Below, piece after piece: positions 46,531-59,048 of a stretch of 64,000 bases of DNA. Below the pieces are notes generated by a model. That model was not told where the DNA came from. It ran no database searches and saw only the letters and a list, made by a program, of their open reading frames with translations. The first letter of the stretch is position 1; each line of letters begins with the position of its first letter. The translations under genes and the position numbers were made by a program. Source of the stretch: Camelus dromedarius (lineage: Eukaryota); contig NC_087436.1 of assembly GCF_036321535.1 (NCBI RefSeq), forward strand, positions 116,872,001 to 116,936,000, read 5' to 3'.

Positions 46531-48545
46531 CAGCCTGTGATACAAATCCTGGGCACTGAGTTGATCAAATAAAGATAGCTGCTTCCTTGTGAGCAACGGA
46601 GAAATAAACTCCCTGTCCCGCCAACCACGATTATTATTAAAATCGAAGGTCTTATGCCCTGGTTTAGCCCAAAGCCTTGATCTTGGCTCCTCACTCATTT
46701 TATCTCCAGCCACCAGAATTTGTGTCTCAAGAGTTCCAGTGGATCAAGGTATTAGCGTCATTCACTGACCTTCCTAAAACCCTTTGATCCACTCCCACAC
46801 TTGCAATCAACTGAGAGATGACACAGAGGTCAGACAGGTGGTGGAAACACGTCACCTTCCCTAGTGGCACAACTGGACTGGAGAATGTAGCTTACGTGTG
46901 TGGTCCTAATACACATCTGTGATTTTTGACATGGATGTAGGGCCCTGACTCCCAATCAACGCATCCACCCCACTGGATGGATACGGTCTTTTCTTACAGG
47001 ACCAGTGTGCCCTTGTCAGTGCTGCACAAGAGGACGCAGAAGGCATGCGTCCCGTGGGCAGGGTGAATCAGAAAAGAATGAGCATCACGGTGGGGACCAC
47101 GCACGCTCAGGTCTTACTCTAACGCGACAGGCTCCTCTGGGCAGGAGTGAAGGTCAAAGGCAAGAGCGGGAAGGGCGCCTCACACACTTCCGGGGAAGAG
47201 AGCAGAATATCCGTCCTGCATGTGAAACTGGGAAATGGGGGTAAGGGTGTCAGGACATCCGTCTTGGGGGAAACAGAAAATCTGAAAAGGGAGCTGTCAG
47301 GGGCATTTTGGGACCGGTCTTTCTAGCTGTTGGGTGTGCCAAACTGTGTTAAGTGCCCCTGGGTACCAGCATCCTGCTAGATGTTGTATATTCCTTGTCT
47401 GATTCTCTCCTCCCGACAGCCCTTGTGGGAAATAAATACTAACCCTCACTAGGCGGGTGGCCCTGGGAAGATTACTTGACCTGCCCGAGTCCTGGTTTAC
47501 TCATCTTCAAAGGAGATAGACAGACACTCATTTCCCAGCTCTCTGCTTTCCTTAGTACAAAAGCCAAGCAGCTTTCAGAGGTCATGATTCATGAAAACAA
47601 ATCAAACTCACAAGCTGCCTTCCCTGCAGTCTGGTTCTAACTCAGGAGTGCCATGCGCTGCCCTCACCTAGGAAATGTGCGCCCGCCGTCCAGTCACGGA
47701 GGGTGAGGCAGGACCCGGGGAAAGGCAGAGAGGCTGCCAGGAGAGTGCTGTGCTCCCCTGTTCCCTCGCTTTTTTCGTTGTTGTGTTTTTTTGTTTTTTT
47801 TTTCTTTTTTCTTTTGCCAGAAAGCTTTAGAATCTTTAGCTGGGCCTAGTAAAGGTGCTGTAATAAAAGAAGAGGTTGATTCAATTTTCACAATCCGTCA
47901 TTCCAAGGCCAGTGAACAACGGAGAGAAAAGAGCTGCTTTTGTTGGAAGGAAAAGGGAATGTCTGTCAAGTTAATCCCGTTCCTTCACATTCACAAGACC
48001 TGTCTCTCCCAACATGTCACCTGCCTCCCCTAACAGGATGGAAGCAGACAGGGGTAATAGCTCTAAATTATGTGTACTGGGAAAACAACTGGAAAACAGC
48101 AAGCCAAAGGATCCAGGAAAATTAAGATGTTTGTTGCTCAGTTCTCATGCTCCCTGTTGGCCTCAGGAGGAAAATAACATTTCCCTTCAACTCAGTTCAA
48201 ACGATGTTAGGAGCTGGAGATGCAAAGGCAAAGACAGCATCTCAGCCCTAAAGAATCTCAGAGGAGGGAGCGAGTCAGGAGGCAGCTTGGGAAAAGCAAA
48301 GACGGACGTGGTCCCAGGTGATTCAGGCAGCCTCTCCCCCACCGCCCAGCCCAGGAAGCTTGGAGGGCCTTCTGAAAGCTCTGTCTGAGCTGAGTCAGCG
48401 GTTGAGTAGGTGTGAGCCAAGTGAAGGGAGTAGTAAGCCAGACTCAGCTGAGAAGGAATTCTAGACAGAGGAAATCACCTCTAACACCTGCCAACTCTGT
48501 TGCCTTCCAGTGCTGTGCTATGCTTTCCATGAAATCCCTGAACTC

Positions 48546-49385
48546 TGTGATACGGTGATTTATAATAAGAAAAATATATTTGGTCTTCATCCTCACTTCT
48601 GGCACAGAGCTCCTAAAACTCTTGCAATTGCCTAAGTGATGAAAGCAATTAAGGTGTCTTCTGTTATGTTGAAGAGGTGACTTTTGGAACACACACCTAA
48701 GGATGGGGCTGGCTGCCAGTGTAGACACCCAGGTGACTTTCAGTCTCACCCTAACCACCCCCAACCTCTGGGGAGCAGAAGGGACTGAAGATCGAGTCCA
48801 ATCATCAATTGCCAATGGCCAATGATTTAACCAATCGTGCATAGGTAATGAAGCTTCCATTGAAGGGACTGGGCGCAGAGGGCTTCCGGGCTGGTGAACA
48901 TGTGGAGGTACCGGCAGAATGGCACGCCTGGGGAAGACATGGAAGCTCTGTGCCTTTTCCTCATACCTTGCCCGATGCATCTCTTCCATTTGGCTGTTTC
49001 TAGGTTATATCCTTTCATAATAAACCAGTAATCCACTAAGTAACATGTTTCTCTGAGTTCTGTGAGTTGCTCTAGCAAATTAATTGAACCCAAGGAAGAG
49101 GCTGTGAGAAGTTCCAAACAATAGGTGGTTGGTCAGAAGCACAGGTGACAACCTGGGCTTGTGACTAGTGTCTGAGGTGGGATGGGGGTGGGCGGCAGTC
49201 TTTTAGGACCAAGCCCTTCACCTGTGAATCTGATGCTACCTCAGGGTGGAAAGTGCAAGAATTGAGTTGAATTTTAGGATATCCAGCTGGACAATATTCT
49301 CTGGACAATAGATGCTGGTGTGGAAACACCTCCCCCCCCACCCCCGGCATCACCACCAGTACCACACACACATGTTGGAATCAGG
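48546..49385 (+). mobile_element. MER21A/B-like ERVL solo LTR, near full length
   Basis: TGTGATACGGTGA start, TTCTGGCACAGAGCTCCTAAAACTCTTG, CCAAT cluster at 48798-48835, CCTTTCATAATAAACCAG, CTGAGTTCTGTGAG...CTAGCAAATTAATTGAACC. Confidence 0.85.
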
Positions 49386-49561
49386 TTCAGAACCTTTAAA
49401 TTCTCATGGCAACACGCCCATGAAGCAGCTACTATCAGCACCCCTACTTTTCCAAATGAGATACTAAACTCTATGCAAATATGGAGGAAATCTATCAACA
49501 CACAGTGGCTTGATGTCTTGGACTTCTTTGCCTCAAAACTGTGCTCATGGAATGTATTCTT

Positions 49562-49715
49562 TAGGATTTCTAGATTTAGCAAATAAAAATATAGATGCCC
49601 TGTTAATTTTTTTAGTATAAATATATCCTATACACTCTGAAACATGTACAAAAAAGTAGCATATTGTCTGAAATCAAATTTAACTGGACATCATGTGTTT
49701 TTGGGGGTAACCCTA
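49562..49715. mobile_element. MER53 hAT MITE (palindromic, decayed)
   Basis: TAGGATTTCTAGATTTAGCAAATAAAAATA...TCTGAAATCAAATTTAACTGG...GGTAACCCTA. Confidence 0.75.
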
Positions 49716-49784
49716 CCTTAGCTACCCAAGTAGGTATATCATTAAAGGTCACTTCATGCTTTTCCTACTGAACACGGCCATGAA

Positions 49785-50680
49785 ACTGATAGGGGACTAA
49801 TATCCAAAATATATAAGAAACTCATACGGTTCAACAAGAGCTAAACCCAATTGAAAATGGGCAGAGGAACTGAATAGACTTTTTTTCAAAGAAAACATAC
49901 AGATGGTCGACAGGTACATGAAAAGGTGCTCAACATCACTAATTATCAGGGACATGCAAATCGAAACCACAATGAGATATCACGTCTCCGATGACTAGCA
50001 CCAAAAAGACAAGAGAGAACTACGGGCAAAAAGGCGGAGCAAAAGGAACCCTAGCAGGCTGCTGGTGGGAATGTAAATTGGTGCAGCCACTGTGGAAAAC
50101 AGTATGGAGGTTCTTCAAAAAATTAAAAGTAGATCTACCATATGATCCAGCAATTCCTCTTCTAAGTACATATCCAACAGCAATGAAATCATCAACTCAA
50201 AGAGGTGTCTACCTCCCAGGTTTATTGCAGCATTATTGGCAATAGCTAAGATATGGAAACAACCCATGTCCATCAACACATGAATGGATAAAGAAAACGT
50301 AGAGGGCGTGTATGTGGGTACATACATAGAATAGAATAGTATTCAGCCATAAAAAGGAGGAAACCCTGTTATTTGCAACAACATGGATAAACCTGGACAA
50401 CACTGTTAAGAGAAATAAGGAAGAACACTGTAGACTGTAGAGTACTGTATACCGTAGAGCACTGTAGGCTGAAAATCTTCTAGTAAAGTAAATTTTAAGA
50501 GTTCTCACCACACACAGAAAAAAAGTACCTATGTGAGGTGATGGCCGTGTTAACTTGATTGTGTTCATCATTTCACAGTATGTATGTATATTAAATCATC
50601 GTGTTGTACACCTTAAAAATATTATACAACTTAAGTACGTACAACTTATTTGTCAATCATACCTCAAAGCTAGGAAAAAG
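49785..50680 (+). mobile_element. L1MA-like 3' fragment (ORF2 C-terminus and 3' UTR with an internal deletion)
   Basis: ORF 49991-50245 contains [35 protein letters not shown] (L1 ORF2 Cys-rich C-terminus). 3' UTR GTTCTCACCACACA...TGTTGTACACCTTAAA. Confidence 0.9.
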
Positions 50681-51584
50681 TATTTTAAGATTAAGTGAGT
50701 TAATACACGTAACACACGTAGATCAGCGCTGGGTGCTTGGTAAACTCTCGATAAGGGTAGTCATTTCTATTGTTTTCTCTTTGTTTACATCCTGCCTAGT
50801 CGGGAGGACTCCTGTCATTTAACTCCTTTCATTTGTGGGAGAATGGGGCTAACATGGAGTTGAACCCAAAGGTGCTGGTGAATTTTTAATTAACTTCCTA
50901 TATTTCTTTCTAGTCTAAGTGGGGAAAAAAAAACACAGCTAATATTCATTACATACTTGTCGTGACTGATGTTGCACTAAAAACAGTACATGGGTCGCTG
51001 GGAGGATTAGAGGCTGGAATCGTTGTCCAGTTTTATACCTGAGGGGACCCGACCTCAGCGTCCAGCCAGGCAATGGCCACGCTCAGGGGTGCCCCAGCCC
51101 TGTCCCTGAGTCCGAGCTCCTCACTAGACTCCGGCCTTCCCAGGGCTCCACCCGTCCCCCCAGGCCACCCCTCCCTTTCACCTCGAGGCTCATTCAAGTG
51201 CTACCTGTAAAGGTTCATCCTACCCTTTCAAGTTAGTTGCAGTGGCCTGTGCGAGGCTGTTCCGACCTCTCTTTTGATATCCTGAGTCTTTTTTCATTTG
51301 TAAAATGAGGTTAAGGAGACAAACATTAAAAGACAATGGCTCTCTTATTTTAAAGGACCTCCCTTTTGGGAATTCAATCCCTGTTATTTCCTACAATTAC
51401 ACACCAGATGGCAGTGCTCAGTTAGTTAAAAGAAAAATCCTAGGCTCTGGATTTGCTGTAGAGGGTAAAGGAATTTAACTCTAAATTGCTTTCAGAGCTT
51501 CTTGGAGGTACTTTGTAAACTGCCAACAATTGTAAGTGGTGCCACTATATTCTGATCATAGTTTGACGTTCACGTATGTGAACT

Positions 51585-52237
51585 TGTTGCCCGAAAACTG
51601 TTTTCGCTTCTTGATGGGTTCGAGCCATAAATCAGAAGCCAAAGATGAGAAGGAAACATTCCTTACTTGCAGCAAGTAAGGGGAACACCAGGGATCTTTT
51701 CCAAACCAGTGTCTTCCAGGACAGCAAAATCGGGGAAGATTTAAGCTAAGGGAACATTCATATTCATGGAGGGGCTTGCGTGGTGTATGCATATTCATGA
51801 AGGGACTGGAGCAGAGATACAGGCAGCATAGAACTGGGGCAAAGGTTGACAGAGCCCAAGCTTCAGTTGAAACCACTAGGGTCAAAAAAGGTCAGCATCA
51901 TCACCCCTCAGGCTCTAGCTGACCGGAGGTTGAGTCCTGGGGGTGGAGGGTGGGGTTAAAACCTGGAAGACGGCTCAGCAAAGCGCCTCAGGCTCCTGTG
52001 TCCCACTGAGCACAGCCGAGCCTCTCCAGCTGATTGATTACCTTCCAGTGTTCTTCCTCTTCCTGACGACAGCTTATTTTTTTCCCTTAAGATCTTTATT
52101 GCTGAGACCCGTTCAAGGGCAGGCGCTGTGGCCAGGCTTAGCTCACGACAAGGCTTGGGCCTACAACGGCTTCTCTTACGTCAAAAAGCTGTAAGTGATT
52201 CTTTTCCTACGGGGACCCCCTACCCTATCGGCTTCCA
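51585..52237 (-). mobile_element. Intact ERV1-type solo LTR with a 4-bp TSD
   Basis: TG...CA termini flanked by AACT at 51581-51584 and 52238-52241. Orientation inferred from a TATA-like TTAAAT on the minus strand at ~51740. Confidence 0.8.
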
Positions 52238-52329
52238 AACTGAAGGAAAATTACAGGTAGTCTTTTTTTTCTTTCAATCTTCTTCTCAAAGGAAGTCTTG
52301 GCCCATTGGCCCACATCCCTGCCCCACCT

Positions 52330-53330
52330 TCCTCCACCTCCACTCTGTTCAGGAGTTATTTTTGAGAGTCATGGTTCCCTTTATGAAATGGATTCTATTT
52401 TAATTTATCTATTGGCTATTGGCCTTTTAGCTTTTTTTATTTCTTTTTTAAATTGTTCCTCTGGGAATTACAATATCCATCCCTGACTTCACACTCTATG
52501 TCGAATGTACCACTTCACAAAATGTGTAAAAATCTTGTAAATCTTGTCTATTTACCCACCACCATTTTTCTATATCATATGTATTCCATAAACATATAAC
52601 CCTCATAAGAAAATTAGTTTCTTTAAAACACACAGAACTGTTTAAACCAAAAATGAAGAGGAAAAATAGCCTTAAATATTTACCTACAGATTCACCACTT
52701 CCAGTGACGGGCTTTATTCCTTCCTGAAGACTCGAGTTCTCCTTCGTGCTTTTTCTCTTCAACCTGAAGAACTGACTTTAGCCTTTCCACACAACAGGAA
52801 ATGACAGACGACAAATTCTCCGCATTTTCTTTCATCTGCTAATGTCTTATTTCACTTTCGTCCCTGAAGGACAGTTTTGCTCAATACAGAATTCTAGGTC
52901 GAAAGCTGTTTCTTCAAGCAATTTGAGATACCCCCCCTTGTCGTTTAGTTTCTATAGTTTCTGAGAAGTCGGTGACAATCTTAATCATTGTCCCCTGTAT
53001 TATACCTTTTTCTCTGTACGTTTGCAAAACTCTTTTCATCTTTGGGGCTCAGTAGTCGAAGATGTGTACAGCCAAGGGTTTCATGTGTTCATTCCATTTA
53101 GGGTTTGCTGAACTTCCTAGATCTGCACATTTATGTCTTTACCCTACTTTGAAAAAGTTTGACTATCATTTCTTCACTTCACTTATTTCTACACATATGT
53201 CTGTCCAGTTTTCTCTCTCCTTTGCTTCTAGGATTAGAACGACCTGCCTTGTGGGCACATTTGGTATTGTCCCACCATCTCCTAAGGGTCTCCAATAGTT
53301 TCTATTTTTCAAGTTATGTAACTACAGTTG
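52330..53330 (-). mobile_element. Old L1M (MC/MD-like) ORF1 and inter-ORF relic
   Basis: TCCCTGAAGGACAGTTTTGCTCAATACAGAATTCTAGGT, ATAGTTTCTGAGAAGTC, GGGTTTGCTGAACTTCCTAGATCTG. Confidence 0.7.
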
Positions 53331-53966
53331 CTCTTAGACTCTAAGTCACTCACTCTAGTGGCTTACACTAAGTTTTCTATTGTCTGGAGGCTTTACAATG
53401 GATTTGGTTCAAAGGGAAAAACCTTGACTCCTTGACCCCAGCTCATCATTCTGCTGACAATAACCATCTCCACAGACCTCAGTGACTGATCTCAGAAGAA
53501 AATCAAACTAAACCAACCAAAACAAAATCAATACATGCCAGCAGCTATTCACAAACTCACAGGTTCATTCTCAAGGAGACCACAATCGTGATTGTGGCAG
53601 TTTCCAAATTACCAGTCCTCTCAGATGCTCCCCCTCCACTGGGTCGTGAAGGGAGAAATTTGGATTCAGTAAACTCGAGCATGCTCACCTTCCCTTAATT
53701 TAAATGGTGTCTTTACCTAAATCAGTTTCTGCTTTGGTAACCCAGGGGAAATCCCTCTCTTATAAAGTCTGTCCTCTTCCTGCAACTCTTCAAAAGAGAA
53801 CTAGAAGGGCAGAATGCAGCTTCCACAAAGCCCTGGTGATGGGGGTAAGAGACACAAGGTCTTCATACTTTTCATCGTATCCTCAGGGTTTTCTCTTCAC
53901 ATCCTCAATACGAGGGGGTGCACCAGGGCTGCAGCCTGGCCTGACGACCTCCGCGGAATGACTGGT

Positions 53967-54406
53967 TGCATTAGAATTCCCCAGAGAAGAACCAGTAGAA
54001 TATATATATAGATTGATTGGTTGATTGATTGATTTCACTATAGGAACTGGTTCACATGAATTCAGAGGACAAGAGGTCCCACAACCTGCCACCTGCAAGC
54101 TACAGAATGAAGAAAGCCAGTGGTGTGATTCAGAGTCGGAAGGCCTGAGATCCAGGAGCACCGATGTCCAAGGGCAGGAATAGATGAATGCCCTTCTTCT
54201 GCTTTCTCATTCTATTCAAGCCCTCAGTGGATTGGGAGATATTCCCCTGCATTGCTGAAGGTGATTTTTTTTTTAACTCAGCCTACTCATTCAAATGCTA
54301 ATCTCACCCAGAAACACCCTCAGAGACACACCCAGAAATACTGTTTCACCGGACACATGGGCATTGCTTAGCCCAGTCAAGTTGACACCAAAAACTAAGC
54401 ATCGCA
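53967..54406 (-). mobile_element. MLT2B-like ERVL LTR
   Basis: CCCAGAGAAGAACCAGTAGAATATATA...CTGCAAGCT...AAAGCCAGTGGTGTGATTC...AAATGCTAATCTCACCCAGAAACACCCTCAGAGACACACCCAGAAAT...CCAGTCAAGTTGACAC. Confidence 0.85.
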
Positions 54407-54409
54407 CTG

Positions 54410-55500
54410 CACCTGTCTGGGTTGTTGGTAGACTTGATGCTAGAATGTGTGGTCCCAGGAATTTCCCTTTTGTTTAAGGCCCTTCTTACCAGCAACACTT
54501 CACTTCCTATCAAGCCTTACTCAGTCGGCTTTCCCTCCCAGCACATCTGTGCCCCATCAGAGAAAATGCTCTTTCCATGACTGGGAGCTGCTAAGGTCAT
54601 CAATTTGCTACATCTGTCTAGCCGTCATTCCTGATTATACTGGAATTGGCTGCATGAGGTGCTTCTCCTAGGGCTCACAATCCTTGTAGAACTCTCATGG
54701 AAGTGGTCTCTTCCAGTAGTGTGTCTTGCTGGTCCCTGATCAACCCGGCCCAGTCATTTCTCACTGCTCATGGGTCCGTGGAAAGCCTTACTTCAGGCCA
54801 CTTCTTTCTCCACATGAAGTCATTGGCCAGGCGCAGCCTGATCCCTGTCCGCTTTCTGTCAAGGGCCACCTCCAGGCGAGGCTGTGGCGCCCAGCAGTTT
54901 CATTTCCCACTCGCACCCACATTCCATGCCGACTTCATCAAGCCGGAGCTTTTCTTCCTCTATTAGCAAGTCTTGGCGAACTCCCCAAAATCAGGTCAAC
55001 CATGTAAGCTAAGAGCGCTTACCTGTGCCCTCTGGACCTGCTCAGCCCCAACCTCATGTGCGTCATTTTGTGGTCGGACTGCCCAACCTTATGACTTTGT
55101 GGGTCTGACAGTGCACACCATGGGCAATTCTGACCATGTGACTGGGGTTAACGAGACTCTTGCCCCTTCTTCTTGAGAATTTGATTAAATCTCTAGCTCT
55201 GAGAGCCTAGTAAGCTGGTAAATTTCAACAATGTTACTAGGCAAACTTGCTTATGGTAAAAATGACCCTGGTAGGTAAACCAAATCTGGACTTTGAGGAA
55301 CTATAAACTCTTGATGGGGATACCATAGTTTGAGTTTCTCTGCATGCAGCGACTCTTGTAACCAGCACAGGGGATCCTGGAAACTACACCAGTGGTGGTA
55401 TTACAAAAGATATGGGCTCCTCTGTGGAAAGAGGCTTTTAAGTCAGAGCAGTTCTTGTTCAATGTGGATCACAGTAGCTTGAACCTGAGCTGTCTCAGGC
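54410..55500 (-). pseudogene. ERVL-type pol relic (RNase H region)
   Basis: Manual minus-strand translation of 54821-54743 gives DFMWRKKWPEVRLSTDP*AVRNDWAG, with SAWNVGASGK*NCWAPQPRLEVAL upstream. Both match recalled ERVL RNase H motifs (W.EKWPEVR.YTDSWAV.NGLAG). Outer edges approximate. Confidence 0.75.
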
Positions 55501-56106
55501 AGCTGCATGGACTGCTCAGTGAAGTATTAGAAGGAGTCACACTGGAAAAGGAGCTCCTGATTCTGTCACGCTGGCAGCTGTGGTTTCTGACCCATATCCT
55601 TCTAAGTCAATGAAAGTGTGTGAGTCTGAACATTTAGTAGAGCTCATCAAAACTCTCTGGGGCACATGGCAGGTTACGCAGTCACTTTGGGTACCATGGG
55701 GCCGCGTGCCGTGCTCAGTTGCCACCAGGGCATGGACCCAGACCCTCTCATGCTTTGGAATAACAGGCAGGCACTGAGGACGGGGCCAGGCACTCTCTGT
55801 CTGCACCTTCACAAATTCAAAGGAAACTCTCCACAGCAACAGCTAGAACAAAATGCAAGTGAGGTACAGGGGATCTGAAGTGGCCAAGAAGTTTCTGGTT
55901 CACAGAATTACAGAGGTGAGAATCAGGGGCTGAGTTAATAGCAGATTGGATAAGGAGGGCTGAGAGAAAGAGTGAGGTAGAAGATAGAGCGCAAGCAATT
56001 ACAGTATAACGACGCACAGAAGTGGAAATCTAAGAGAGCCATCAGGGGACATGGGTGATGGAGTCAGAAAGTTTTAAAATGTCTGTTTGGAGTTACAGAA
56101 AGACAA

Positions 56107-57502
56107 CTTAAACCCATGCACTTATGGTCAATTAATCTATGACAAAGGAGGCAAGAATATACAATGGAGAAAAGACAGTCTTTAATAAGTGGTGCTGGGA
56201 AAACTGGATAGCTACACGTAAAAGAATGAAATTTGAACATTCTCTAACACCAGATACAAAAATAAACTGAAAATGGATTAAAGACCTAAATGTAAGACTG
56301 GATACTATAAAACTCCTTGAGGAAAACAAAGGCCAAACACTCTTTGACATACATCTCAGCAGTATTTTCTTGAATCTGTCTCCTAGAGTAATGGAAACAA
56401 AAGTAAAAATAAACCAAAGGGACCTAAGTAAATGTAAAAGCTTTTGCATGGGAAAGGAAGCCACAAATAATATGAAAAGACAACCTACAGCATGGGAGAA
56501 AATATTTGCAAACAATGCAACCGACAAGGGACTAATTTCCAAAATACACAAATAGCTCACACAACTAAACAACAAAAAAAGGCAAACAATCCAATCAAAA
56601 ATGGGCAGAAGACCTAAGTAGACATTTTTCCAAAGACATACAGGACAACAGGCACATGAAAAGATGCTCAATATTGCTTATGATTAGAGAAATGCAAATC
56701 AAAACTACAATGAGGTATCACACTTCACACTGTCAGAATGGCAGTCATTAAAAAGTTTACAAATATTAAATGCTGGGAGAGTGTGGAGTAAAAGGAACCC
56801 TTCTATAATGCTGGTGGGAATGTAAATTGGTGCAGCCACTATGGAGAACAGTATGGAGGTTCCTTAGAAAACAGAATTACCATATCATCCAGCAATTCCA
56901 TCCCTGGGTATATAGCCAGAAAAAAACAAAAACACTAATTCAAAAAGACGCATGCGCCCCAATGTTCACAGCAGCACCACTTACCATAGCCAAGACATGG
57001 AAGCAACCCAAGTGCCCACTGACAGTTGACTGGATTAAGATGTGGTATCTGTATACACAATGGAATATTACTTAGCCATGAAATAGAATGGAATTTTGCC
57101 ATTGCAGCAACATGGATGGACCCAGAGATTATGCTTAGCGAAGCAAATCAGAGAAAGAAATACTGTATGATATCACTTAAATGTGGAATCTAAAAAATAA
57201 TACAAATGAATGTATATGCAAAAAAGAAACAGACTCACAGATATAGAAAACAAACTTGTGGTTCATAAAGGGAAGAGGGTATGGGGGAGGGACAAATTAG
57301 GGGTTTGGGACTCACATATATATGCATAAAAACATTTTATGCATAAAATAGGTAAGCAACAAGGATACATTGTATAGCACAGGAATGTGCAGCCATTATC
57401 TTGTAATAACTTATTATGGAGTAGAATCTGCAAAAATATTCAACCAGTATGCTGTATACCTGGAAATAATATTATAAATCAACTACACTTCAATTTAAAA
57501 AT
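56107..57502 (+). mobile_element. 5'-truncated L1, ~1.4 kb (ORF2 3' part and 3' UTR)
   Basis: TATGACAAAGGAGGCAAGAATATACAATGG..., with translated pieces KRQPTAWEKIFANNATDKGLISKIHK and IAKTWKQPKCP. Ends AATCAACTACACTTCAATTTAAAA. Confidence 0.93.
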
Positions 57503-57504
57503 TA

Positions 57505-58035
57505 TTGAAAAATTTAAACATATGCAATAGTAGAGAAAATAGTAAAACCCACATGGACCCATCATCAGACTCAGTAATTTTCAACATATGCTTAATCTTG
57601 TTTTATCTCTGTTCTCACACACTACCCACCTTTGCTGCTGGGTTATTTTAAAGTGAATTCCAGGATTATACCATTCTACCTATAAATTATATATATATAT
57701 ATATATACACACACACATATAATATAAATATATATATATATATATAAAGACCTGAAAAACAACAAGCACAAAGATACTATAACTAAAACATGTCAACAGT
57801 TCCTCAATATTGTCCAATATCTAGTCTCTTCAGCTTTTCCCAGTTGTCTCCTAAATGTCCTTTTATGGTTGGTTGGCTTGAATCAGGATCCAAGCAAGAG
57901 CCGTTCAATGTGGGTTTTGTTTTTTTGTTTTTGTTTTTGTTTTGGATGACTCTTACATCTCTTTAGTCTCTAACAGTTTCCCCCTCTTTTTTTTTTCTCC
58001 CCCTTGGAATTTATTTGTTGAAGAAGCACTGTTGT
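57505..58035 (-). mobile_element. L1ME-like 3' UTR fragment with a (TA)n/(CA)n tract at ~57688-57746
   Basis: TTTCCCAGTTGTCTCCTAAATGTCCTTTTATGGTTGG...TTGAATCAGGATCCAAG and TTTATTTGTTGAAGAA. Probably resumes at ~59075-59290. Confidence 0.65.
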
Positions 58036-58099
58036 TTGACTTGTGGAAACAGAGGGAGGCGATCAGCCTCATGTACAATGAGGGAGCTTCTACATGTTT

Positions 58100-58432
58100 G
58101 TAGTAAGACAGATTTCCTCGAAGCGGAGCCTAAGACAGGAATTTTTGTGAAAGTGGTTTATTGAGGGGGTGCTTTCAGGAACAGGAAAATACGGGGTGGG
58201 GAAAGAGGGAGGAAAACAGCTAAGCAAAGACAGGTCTCAGTTGGAGATTAGCTTCAGCCTGTTGCTAGGGGGAGCCCTGGTACCACAGTTGATTCCCCTT
58301 TGCGACAAGGAGCCAGCTTATAGCTGCTCTTTTCAAAAATCACGGGCTACAGCGGCACTGTTTATAACAGCCAAGACATGGACACAACCCAAGTGACCAT
58401 CAACAGACGACTGGCTTAAGATACTGTGTGTG

Positions 58433-58466
<34 letters not shown>

Positions 58467-59048
58467 AGAATATTACTCAGCCATAAGAAAGAATGAAATA
58501 GTGCCACTTGGAGCATCATGGATGGACCCAGAGAATATTATACTTAGTGAAGTCAGAGAAAGACAAATACTGTATGATGTCATTTACATGCGGAAGCTAA
58601 AGAGAATACAAACAAATCTATATACAAAACAGAAACAGACTCACATAGAAAGCAAACTTATGGTTACCAAAGGGGAGAGCGAGGGAGAGACAAATTAGGA
58701 GTCTGGGAATTAACAGATACAAATTATTACACATGAACTAGACAAGCAACAAGTATTACCTGTAGAGCACAGTGAATTATATTGAATATCTTGTAATAAC
58801 CTATAATGGACTGTAATAAAAATCTGAATCACTTTGCTGTACATGTGAAACTAATATTTCAATTTTAAAAAATTGCGGGCTAGGAGTTCCCGGAGCGGGT
58901 GGGCATGGCAACCTCTTAAGCAAGGACTCGCTTTTGCCTAAAGGCAATTCTCTAGAGGAGGGGTGTCAGTGAATGTGAAGCGGCCAAGGCTCCCAGCAGC
59001 AAGCAGGTTTCTATGATCTGAGAGGGACACCAAGAGCATTTGCACCAA
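58100..59048 (-). mobile_element. LTR16-like ERVL LTR split by a younger L1
   Basis: TTCCTCGAAGCGGAGCCTAAGACAGGAATT...AAGTGGTTTATTGAGGGGGTGCT, and after the L1 AAGGCAATTCTCTAGAG...CTCCCAGCAGC. Confidence 0.65.
58350..58867 (+). mobile_element. 5'-truncated L1 3' end with a 15-bp TSD and internal (CA)14
   Basis: ATAACAGCCAAGACATGGACACAACCCAAG...CTGAATCACTTTGCTGTACA. Flanks AAAAATCACGGGCTA (58335-58349) and AAAAATTGCGGGCTA (58868-58882). Confidence 0.9.

Noticed and set aside
48444..48989. 181-aa minus-strand ATG ORF
   Set aside because: Almost entirely antisense to the MER21-like LTR, with no recognisable protein features.
56132..56671. 179-aa hydrophobic minus-strand ORF
   Set aside because: Antisense reading of L1 ORF2, a common artefact.
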